From Mytilus trossulus (Eukaryota), in the NCBI RefSeq assembly GCF_036588685.1, contig NC_086385.1, forward strand, positions 14,407,216-14,471,215: a stretch of 64,000 nt of DNA, read 5' to 3'. Within the stretch, counting starts at the first letter, position 1. Each line of letters opens with the position of its first letter. The translations under genes were made by a program, and so were the position numbers. Positions 50,201 to 62,200 of this stretch are shown here, piece after piece. A model generated the notes under the pieces. That model saw only the letters and a program-made list of their open reading frames with translations. It ran no database searches and had not been told where the DNA came from.

Positions 50201-53200
50201 TGCTTTTTCTCCACTTATTGGAATGCGATGGTAGTTGAACGTTCAGTCACATATCAATCAAAAGAAGGACTTTAAATTAGTATTGGATTGCCGTACCTCT
50301 GTTAATCGCATGGCATTTAGGAGTGAGAACAAAGACTGGGCAGTAGGTTGTTAGTTCAGTCCTACATCAAGCAAAAGAAAGACTTTTATTGCAATGCTTT
50401 TACTCCACTAAGAATATGGCAATTAAGAGGTAGAGCATGGACCAATGGTTCAGAGTAGAAAATTTGTAAATTAAGAAATTATTTAAGAATTGAATGCTTC
50501 TTTTTGTAATTTTATTGGGGTTTAAAAGCCGTGAAGTGAGGTACATGTGTATGAAGTGCGATTTAATTATCTGGTGAAAAATAAATCATACCATCTTAGA
50601 CATGTATCTATAATTGCAGGTGTTTGTAGAACTTGATGAGTTGTATGTCGGAGAGTCTAAGGAATTTGAATGGAGAGAAAAAGCTCGTTGGATCAAGTTT
50701 GAGGAAGATGTAGAAGAAGGAGCAGAAAGATGGGGGAAACCCCATGTAGCCTCACTTTCATTTCATAGTCTGCTGGAACTTAGAAGGGGATTGGAGAATG
50801 GTTTGTAAAACATATGTTTTTATGTGGCTTCATCTTCAGTAAACTTTTTGAAGCTATATTGATTTCTTATGCTAGTAAAAGATATTTTTCAGCAAGTCAG
50901 TTCAGAAATGTCTTTTATATAAAAAGTATAGTCAGATTTTGATTTGATTTATACATTTTCTCTTTTGGAAAGTATTGTAGAAATTTTTGGAAATGATGCT
51001 CAGGATTTCATGGAATTCTTTTGACAAGATGACTAAAATTGAGAAAAGTATAATACAATTTTGAGTTAATATTTATTTCATGTATTCATTTCTTATTTAA
51101 GGTACAATGCTGTTAGACATAGAAGCAACCGATCTGCCAACAATTGTAAACAACATTATCGACAGCATGATTATACATGATCAAATTAAGCCGGAAAACA
51201 AAGGAAATATACTAAGAACTCTGCTTCTTAAACATAAGTATGTATTATCATAATATAGATTAGTGGTAAATTTAAGATTCCCTTAGTTACATAACACTCA
51301 ATGAATATTTTCATACTTTGTCTTGGTCACGGCACCAAAAAGTGAAATAATTTCATCTCTGTTTAATGGAGTACTTCATACTGATCTCAATATATTATAA
51401 ATGTGTGATGTTTTTGAACGTTAGTCAATGCAAGTTTTTGTTGTCACAATTTTACATGTTCTTTTCTTAGTTGTTATATTTTATAAGCTTTGGTAAGGAT
51501 TGAAGACATATACTTTCTTTATGTGTCTTTTTCATCTTTTCGTTGTGAATTATAACTTACTATGTAGAAAGTTCTGATTGAGTTGGTTCATATGTGAATT
51601 TAACAGAAATTGTTTATAGCAATGCAAGACTTTCTTCATAGATATAGGAAGATGTGGTGTGAGTGCCAATGAGACAACTCTCCATCCAAATAACAATTTA
51701 AAAATTAAACCATTATAGGTTAAAGAATGGCCTTCAATACATATTTATATGTTTTTCTCCAGTCTTGAAACTCTTTACTTGTTGTCTTATGTCATATCTT
51801 AGTGTTATTTTGTTCCTTGGAAAGTTCATTGTTGAAAGTTTCTGTAACATTTTATAGTCTAGAAGAATAAGAACTTTGCACATTTTATTGACAACTGATT
51901 ATTGTTTAAGAATGTGTTGCCCTCTAGTAGTCTAAGAACTAAGCCTACATCATAAATGTGATTGTACTGTTATAATTTTAGTTTTTTAATGATGGTTGTC
52001 CCATTGATGTTCAGCCCCTCCCCCTTATATTCATTCCTTCAGTTATAAGACATCTGATTGCCCTAATGTTATGTTCTGATATATGTGTTCCTTCTTAGTG
52101 TTATGAGTAAGCGACAAATTTTGAGGTCAGCTCTGCTAAATAATGAGTGCTGTGTCATTGATGTTAAGCCCCTCCCCGTTTTATTCATTCTTTCAGTTAC
52201 AAGATATCTGATTGGTCTAATGTTATGTTCTGATATAAGTAATTTGTTCCTTCTCAGTGTTATGAGTAAGCGGTAAGTGTTGAGGTCAGCTCTGCTAAAT
52301 AATGATTGCTCTCATCAGTAACAAAAGTAACCAATCATTTGAAGAGTGATCATTTCCATAGGTAACCAGCTGTGTTTGATTGTTGCCATTGGTTACTTGT
52401 CAATAGACAAGTGGATGTTACCATGGAAGGGCCACAATGTGTGATCGTTGGCAAGCATAACAAGGGTGTGATCATCTAAAAAGCTGATTTGAGTTTATTT
52501 AAGTTATTAGGTCGAAACTTAACTATACATTGTAAAATATTTCACCTTTAATGTTTTAAGTGCTTGTGTCTTCATAGATATCATCTTATGATAAAATCTC
52601 ATACATTGTTTCATTGTGACGCCATCATGTTTGTTGTTCTTGGTAGCTTTTTTAAGTAGAAAAATAATTACAGTTGTGTGTTGGTATAAGGAGTTATTGT
52701 ATCCACTGCGTGATATATTCAATTTGACAAGCTTAGTTGAGAAAAAGACTGATATAATAAGATTGCAGTGGTTATAATGTGTTTAAAACTTTGGTAGTCA
52801 TCAATGTCATTCATTGTGAAGATTACAGATTACTGTCGATAAACCGATAAATGATAACGGTAACCTCATCTCTCATTCAGGGGACATTTGATAGTTGTCA
52901 TTAGTAACAATGCGCTTTAAAAAATGATATGTGCGTAAGAAAGATTCAAAATTGATCGTGGCGGGGAGGATGGGAGCCACTCAAATTAGTTAATTGTAGA
53001 TGGTTGCATTTCTTGAGGCCCATGGTATGGGGGATTCCAATCATTTGATAACTATATGCAGCTTATATAAGATATCAAATTTTTCAGTAATTCCATGATT
53101 CAAAATGAAGGGATTATAAAAAAGAAGATTTGGTATGAGTGCCAATGAGACAACTATCCACAAAAGACCAAAATGACACAAACATTAACAACGATTGTTC

Positions 53201-56200
53201 ATTCAGAGGTTTTTTTTGCATGGAAATGTACTTTGCATTTTCAGCTTTTTAATATTCTGATCTAACTTTTAAAATCTGTATACTTTCTCTGAACATACTA
53301 ATAGGTATGAAAAAAAGTATAAGTGACTTTTGATAAAGCATGGGATAACCCAATAGTACTTACTCTGATTATTAAAAATTGAAGAAAGAAATACCTGAAT
53401 AATTCTGACTAATTTAAAAGTATTTAAAGTTTTGGACTACCAACATTTGGCAAAGGATCCACCTAGTTTTGCTATTTTTAAAGTAAAATAATAGTGAGGA
53501 ACTCTGGATAATTTAAGGACTTAATTAACTGATTAGACCTTGTGAATGAAGAAATATAATAAAATTTTAAAATACAGAACTCCAATGTAAATAAAAAGAG
53601 GGGAATTCAAAACAATTGGCTGGACTAAATCAATCAAAAGAATGATAACAAAATAATTGTCTATATGCTGACTTGGTACAGCCCTTTCAGAAGAAAATGT
53701 TGGGTTAAATCAACCCAAACAGGCATAAATGGAAAACATGACAATATTTAGGATCCAGCAGCCTTTATTGTGTGAACATTTAGTCTTGAATGCGTTTTAA
53801 GATAGAAGTGAACATAATATATAGATATCTACCAGTTTTTACATTTTGCTTTTTGCATTCCCAGAAAATGGCTTTTGAATTTAGATGCAAACATAAGAAG
53901 TTTAAATTTAGTTTTATCTTGAGCTTTTTTAAAACATAGTAGCATATGAATATTCAGATATGCAAATGCTTCACATACAATGCGTAAGTAATTTCGCTTG
54001 CAAATAAGCTTTGATTACAAGGAATTTTAACCTAGATCGACTTCAAACATGCTTTATCGGAGAATTCACCTTTAATAGATCTTATCATGTTCCAGTCTTT
54101 GTTAGAGTTGTCTACCTTTCAAGCAGATTTTTGCAATTACATTTCTCAAAACCTCACACAACCCCTTGAGTCTGACAACCATAGGTGTCAACAATTGAGA
54201 TTTTGATGGAAGCTTCCTCCCCTTTTTTAATTGAATATTTCCAATTTAAGATCTGTCATGAAGACATTTAAAATATCACACTTTAAGATTTAGTTTAACA
54301 GTTTAAGAAACAAAACCTGCTACAAAAGACATTCTCAGAATATTAAAATATTTGGTATTTTGTGCCTGCATTATTAAAAGATCAGCATTTGTCAAATTTT
54401 CTTCTCTTAAAATCATTTAAATACTATCAACATATTTATTAACCTCTAAAACAGTCATCAATTAAAATATTTCATTAAACAAACAAAAAATCTTTCAACA
54501 GATATGCATCAGTCATGTCACTGACCTACACAAATTAAATCCAGCTTTTTGAGAAAAAAATCAAAAAAATCATGACAAATATTTCATGTGTGTATATATC
54601 ACCATTCTAATAAATAACCACATTGATAAGCTTTCGATCATTAATTTGTTTGCATAGTTAACTTGCAAATTAATTTCACATCCTGTTTGTGGTATAACTT
54701 ATAATGAGTGATTATCTCCCTTTAACAGTTTTTTTATTTTCTCCCCTTAAGAGCTTTTTTATTATGTACCTTTAATAGCTTTAAGTAATTGGCTGGTAAT
54801 TTATTATAACAAATCTTTCTCATTATCTGGACTGATTCCTAAAAATAAACATGCTATTTCTTAATTGTATGCAGTGCTTTTAACAATGTAATTATTCTGA
54901 AGAAGAAAGTTTTATTTCAAAAACAACGTCCCTGTACCATTAAAAAATACAAGACTTTAGTTTTAAACTGTTTTGGAGAATCAAATACTCAATAAAGGCA
55001 CAGCAGAGTTTCAATCATAAAACATTAGTCAGTACAGGAATTACAATTTTTGCTAGAAAATGAATCCAGTATTTTGATTGACTGATTTCTGAGTCTGAAG
55101 AAGTCTAAATAAGTTTTATGACTGCTTTCTTGTAGTAAGATAAAAAGGTCATTAAAGTTCAAGGTGTCATTCTTTTTATCATTAATTATGGAAGAAAAAA
55201 ATATTGAAAAAAAAGTTTGAGACACTATCTTTAATAAATAGAGATTGCTTCCTTGCAGGAATAAAGGTCACCCTAGGTCAAGGTGTCATTTTGTCAACAG
55301 GTTATAAATATTTAGTAGATAGTAATGTTATTGTTTTGTTTTAAAGTTGATGATTATTTTGGTGACAAGATTTGTTAGCATGAGTTGTTATTTTTTCATT
55401 TCATAACATATCTGAGAGTCTAGGGGGGGGGGGGGGGGGGGGTGTGTCTTGTATTCTTGAATTTTTAAGTAACTTTTCTCAATTATTCATAAATTTTGCC
55501 CAATTTTTTTCTATTCTCTACCACCCCTTTATCTTTTATATTATTTTTTTTAGGTCATTTTTCTGGTATTAGATTAATCTTATTTATTATTCTCTAGTCT
55601 GTAATTGCCACCAGACCCTCATAAAATTGTAATGGTCCAATAAGATATGTACTTTGTTGATTAGTGGGGTCCAGATCTTGTAGGCAGATAAAGGACCCCA
55701 TAAGTTTGGTCCATATGGAATAAATGTTTCTGTTTAAATTTTCATTGCTTTTGGTTGCCTCTTTTTGCTTTGGTTATGGCAACAGGTTTAAATACTTGTT
55801 TCTTTCTCTTTGGTTGCTAATGGGCCATATTGTCAGAGCATGTAAAATTGTTTTGGCGAGACATTCAACCATGCATGAAAGGCTTAAAGGAAAATTTAAG
55901 CTGGAAGTTAGTTGACTTATGTGTTCTGATTTATTTGTAAGTCATATTTTGTTTAATTGTAACTTTATGGAAATGTATGTATGCTCAGCATGGCCTCTCA
56001 GCCATTTTGTTTAATTAGGATATTATCAGAGTTACCTCCCTTTTTCAGACATGTTGGTCAAAGAGAAAACTTTATCCGACGGAATTTTTCGTATATGAAT
56101 CTACGTGGATTAGACAGATACAGGTGGATATACCATGGTTGCCATGGTTACATTCTTCTTGGGAATCCTATATATTTATTAACCATTTTTAATTATGCAT

Positions 56201-59200
56201 TCAAATTCAAGAGGTCATGGGTCAATTTATTGATTGTATGTTTATAGATTGTCTGTTTTATTAGATATTTAATATCTGTTAAACATTTTTTTCTTCACAA
56301 GCTCAATTTCTATAAAATTATTAATTAGAATGACTTACTCAAGAGTTTATTATATATGAGCTTAAGGTGGCACCCAACACTTTCACTAAACTTAATTTGG
56401 CTAGTTTTTTTCATAAAATTTTGACAAGGTAATTACTTTGACCCTTTGACAAAAATAAAATAGATTAAAAAAAATTTAACCAACTGTTTTATCAGAACAA
56501 ATACACTGGTACATATAGCATTTTGATAAACACTTATTTGGATCATTGAGAAGCTTAATATTCCCTTGAAATACAAAGTAATTAAAACATTAAGAAGATT
56601 TTACACAGTTATCTCCCTGTAGTGTTAGGTACCACCTTAATAAAAAATATTTTACTAATCAGTAAAACTTGTAAAAACTTCATACATATACATATGAGTG
56701 AAAGTTGTTCTTTTGTGGTTCTTCTAGACAATTATTAAAATCAGTTAATCAAATTTTTCGTCAATGAATTTGAGCTATGAAAAAATTAAAACTTGAAAAA
56801 TCATTTTTATCATTTAATTTTTTTTTTTTTTAAATACATATCCCAGCACAAGCAGACAAACCTTGTTTTTTAATATCTCATTTCTATAGTATTTTGCTAT
56901 ATATTCCAACCATAAGCTTTTTTTTAATGCTTTGGGCATTTAGATATGCGACCAAATTTGTTATATGCACCAATCTGCTTGCATGCTGAAATTATAGAAA
57001 TGATAAATATTTAAATAAAGCTTACAGCTGAGGGCTCATTTATATTTAAAGAGCGATATACGATATGCATTCTTAGGTTAGATTAAATCAGGTTTTCTTA
57101 AACTTGAATACATTTTGGTATTATTTTCAAAAGTGCATTCCAAACATTGTGATTGGTTAATATGGCTACAAACATTGGAAATTTATCCAATGATGTGACT
57201 TCATTTTCATTATGGGGTAGGGACAATGAAATTTCCCATTGTGAATTTATCCAAATAAAAAAAATTAAAACTTTACAACATGCATAAGAAGTTTTTGGAA
57301 TTTTTTAAGCCAGAAATAAAACAAATAATCTAAATACATCCATGTAATAGAATTTGACCTTTGAATTTGAATATGTACTAAGCTAATTACTTGTAACCAT
57401 GGTAATAGTAGTCAGCATACTAACATGGCTTTTGTTGTTTATTTCTTTCTGTTAGTTTTAGCAGTTTTGTCCATATTCAAAAATATTGTTGTCTTATTAT
57501 CTTTGATAGCCATTAAATATTAGTTATTACTGAAAACATCAAAGGTATTATGTTTAGCCTGTATTATGTTTAGATCAAGTTAATTGAAAAAAAATCAAAG
57601 GAAAAGGTTTTTAAAACTGAAAAATACATATAGTTAGAGCAACGAAAAGAAATAAAATCAAGCTTACACTATGTACAATTTGTGGAAAAAAAATAACTGT
57701 TTTATGTTTTATACATGACAAAATCATTGCAAAACAGCTACTTTTTTCATCAAATTGTGCAGTTTTCAATCTTGATTTTACTGCTGTCATTTGTTCTTAC
57801 TTGACTTAGTACTTGAATGTCGTACAGAACAGTGTGAAGTCTGTCAAAAAAATTATATAATCTGGGGTTAAAAACCAGTAAGACAAAGATAGTCCAGTAA
57901 ATACTCTAGTAGGAAAGTTCTGAGATAGTCTCTGTTTCAGTGCGGAGTGTCATGTGACATTTTACCATGCGTCTGCCAAATCTTGTTGAACTCCATATTA
58001 ATCAAAATATAATGATTTTAACAGATTTCAATCAAACTGTTTTATTTTAACTCAATCACTCTGGCAAAAGCCTATATTATGATAACATTTCCCATAACTT
58101 GATATTTCATGTAAATCTTGTAACCACATGACTATTATGTGTAAAATTGGATAAGACATAGAAAAAAAAAGATTATCTCAGAACTTAACATTGGTTCCAA
58201 ACAAAAAAGTAGGAAAAGAAAATCTATTATTAAAATCTACGCGCTTTAATTGTAAAAATACAACAATATTTTCAGATGGACAAAACTACATTTCTACATA
58301 TTTTCTATCTTTTTATACTAACCAGTTATTTAGTTTGTTTTTACTCAGTTATCGTATCTGTTCACAATGTCACCTTATCGCTATTTGTCTGCCAATACTG
58401 GACATCTCAAAGGTTCACATAAAATTATGAAGTCACAATAGAAAATATCTGACGCCGAAAAGTGATTGTTGTATGACTTCAAAAGTTCACAAGGCGCAGT
58501 TTCTAGGTTCAAGAGGCGCAGTTTCTAGGGTCAAGAGGCGTAGCTTCTAGGGTCAAGAGGCGCAGCTTCTAGGGTCAAGAGGCGTAGCTTCTAGGGTCAA
58601 GAGGCATAGCTTCTAGGGCTAGAGGCGCATCTTCTAGGGTCAAGAGGCTTAGCTTCTAGGGCAAGAGGCGCATCTTCTAGGGTCAAGAGGCACAGCTTCT
58701 AGGGTCAAGAGGTGCAGCTTCTAGGGTCAAGAGGCGCAGCTTCTAGGGTCAAGCGGTGCAGGTTTCCAAATAGCGATAAGGTCTATGCCTGAATGAGCAC
58801 CTTTATCATTTGGTTTTTAATTAATACTGCACATTTTATTTCATTTACAGAATTACAGCTAACCAATTGGAGTGTGCACCAAGTGCATTTAATTTCAGTT
58901 TGCTATTTTATTTAGTGAACCATGAATTTTTTTATGAAGTATTGTAAAAATGGGTAAAAAACACTGGTCTAGATGTTCTAAATTTATCTTTTTCAACAGT
59001 CACATGATTTGATTACCTAGAAACTCTTTTGATAGGTTGTTAATGCAATTTCATGGTCCACCAAACAAATATGGAAACCTGACTTTTTCATTCATTGTAC
59101 ACACTCAAGTGCGTCTGCTGTCCCTCCTTAAGTCAGCAGAATTTGATATTGGCTTCAGTTACTATTTGAATATTAAACTTGGGGGTACCCATCTTTTTTT

Positions 59201-62200
59201 TACAAAATCATTTAATGAGTTTATTAGGTTTCAATTAGCATATCAATTGCCAAAACAAAAGTGGTTATTTGGTTTGAAAATTTTAACTCGTGTTCATAAG
59301 ATGCTTTTGATTTACAAAACTGTTGAAACATATTTTTTTTTAGCTTTTTCCCTTTCCCCATGAATCCTCCTTATTTGGAATGCATTATTAATTACTGTAT
59401 TTAGAAATAAAAATTATCAGACGAATTTAAAAGTTTGAACTTTTACAAGCATTTAATGGAATGTGGTGTTGGATAAGTTTAGAATAGAAAATGCTTATGT
59501 GGTGATTTTGTGTAGGTTTTATCCTTAAATGTCTGACCCCAGAACAGAAGTTTAATGATGGCTATAAATATCTGAAAATAAATGAATGAGCCATCATCAG
59601 TGATCAAATCAACTAAAGAATTAGGATTCATTTTAGATTATATTTGATAGATTAGAATATTTTAATGCATTGTTAAATTAAGTTTGTTTCATTGAATTGC
59701 ATTTCAGCCATGGTTTTTTTTAATCATTTTACTTTAATGTCTAACTTTCATGTTTATTCATATTGTTCATTCATGATTTTAGATTTTTTTCAGCTCGATA
59801 TGTTTAATTTTACAAAATCCTTGTGGATTAGTTCAGAATGTTTATGTCTTTGTGAATTTTGTCGTTAGAATATAGAATCTACTATTTTTTGTTCCTCATG
59901 TTATCTTAAAAATCACTTTATTTTGAGTATTATCTCCCTTGTATAATATGCAATGCAATCACAAGCTTATGCAATATAAAAGTCTGACAACATTCACCAA
60001 TAATCATGCAATTGCTCTTTTATGTCACTTGTTGTTTAAAATGCCACTTGCAGAATACTGTGAAACAATTTCAAATGTGAAAAAGACAAAAGAATACAAA
60101 TGATTTATCATGTGTGACATCAAACTCATTATAACATGGTCGATAAAATATATTTATTGGTTTAAAAAATACATAACTAAGATAACAGAAATCACACCAA
60201 ATACACAGTACATCAGACCACATCAATCTCTACCAATTTTAAAACAAGAATCCTATTCTAATGAATATTTAAATATGAGAATGACTCATGAATATGCATT
60301 ATAGGTTGTTTATTCTCTAAATCACTCATGAATTTTGGTTCATTAACTTTTTTAATCTTGGTAGTTTCTTCTTTATATTATGGATTCTAAATAAATTATT
60401 ATATATGCTTTCAAATTATTTAGTATGATCATAAATGAATATATAAGTATTTTGTTCCTTTTAGACATTCATTATTTCCTTTTATGAATATTCATAAATT
60501 AAGTTCATTAATGAATATGCAGTATATGTTCCTTTCAGACATCAGAGTACTAAGCATTCCTTGATGAAGTCACTGTCGACTGCTAGTTTCAATTCAGAAG
60601 GATCTCGAAACAGTCTTGACCACAAAGACAGGAACTTTAGTCGTCAGGATTCAGTGAGGGAGAAATTATTGGATGAGAACCATGACAACAAGGGCAAGCT
60701 AGAATTTGTTAAAGTCGATGTTGACAACAATATGGTATGATAATTTCCTCATCACATGATTGACATGTGACATGGAGTACAAAATAACATTAGTGGTGTA
60801 TACTAAATAGTTTTTAGTGTAAAAATAGACAAAGGATATGGAGCTTCCATCCATGACAAAAAATTAGTTAATGCACACACAATAGAAGGAAAACATGCAA
60901 ACAATAAACAAAGGAACAGTGCTTTTATTGCTGTTCTTCATCTCAAATTCACAGTGAGGCCTTCATCACAAGGGGAAAAAGTCTCCCCTCACTGCAAGTT
61001 TAAGACTAGCACTGACTTGAGCGTAATTCTTTGCAAAAAATTTGAATATACTTTGTGAAATGTAACACCACTTAATTGGGCCCTGTCAGAAACATATTTA
61101 AAACAAGATAGTTTCTTCGCATATAAATAAATCTTAAACTATTTAACATATATAATTAAGTTATTAAGTTATTAGATAAAAGGTGAAATACCAGCGATCC
61201 TTGTAGAACACACAATTTACTGATAATTTTGAATAAGACAAAAATGTCTAAATGAATTCTAAAAATGAGGCACATTTAGCCTGTTCCTGGTTTGGTTTCT
61301 CCAAAATTCTGGTAACCAGTGTAGTACTGTCTAATATGGATATTTTGATCCTGCTTCCATAAAATGTTTTGAAGTGAAATGTCTGTTTCTGTTAGAAAAA
61401 ACAAAAGAAAATTCACAAGTGTGTGTGTTCAGAAAAAAATTATTACAAAAAAAATTATATTTCAAATAATAATATTATGCAAGTCAGAAATAATACAGTA
61501 ATTTTGTTGATTATCCAGAAAGTTATTGAAACACCTCAAATGTAAAATATCAAATTGACAATTAAGAAACAAAAAAATTAAAGGCTACATTTTGTAATTT
61601 AGACAACTGGCCATAGTAAAGACACTTTTATCAATGTTCTGAATTTCAATATTTGTAGCCCAGATTTCAGATTTAAATATGTTGAGGGGAAGGGCATTTT
61701 TTTTAAAACAACAACTTACAAAATTCTATTCAAACAAACTGCAACCACTCACAATTTATTAATTTGAGTGCTTTCAAACCCCCTCCATCATGCATTTAAA
61801 TCTTTAACGGCCCCTATTTAGACAAAAATTGCTGTATCTATTAATGAGTGGAATTGAAAAAATTATTGCAAAATGGTGTTTATTGGTTTTACAGCCATCA
61901 GACGGTGTACATATTGGGATTGCTCCAGCTCAGGACCCTCATCACAAGAACATCCAGGATATAATGAGGAGGATCCCAAAGGGAGCAGAAGCTACCACAG
62001 TACTCGTAGGATGTGTGGATTACCTGACTAAACCAGCTGTTGCTTTCGTCCGATTGGCTGAGGGTCAATACCTTGATAACCTGACGGAGGTGCCACTTCC
62101 TGTTCGGTTTCTGTTTCTGTTACTCGGACCGGAGAATAGCGGAATGGATTATCATGAAGTTGGTAGATCTATATCTACTCTGATGTCCAATCAGGTATGA

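Noticed and set aside
53958-53983. 26-nt candidate exon with a perfect GTAAGT donor
   Set aside because: Breaks frame between phase-2 neighbours and has a weak pyrimidine tract. Similar AG|ATATGC starts at 54502 and 56944 lack good donors.
58488-58765. CRISPR-like appearance of short repeat arrays (also 1973, 26825, 43265)
   Set aside because: Head-to-tail units with no unique spacers, no cas genes, eukaryotic intron context.
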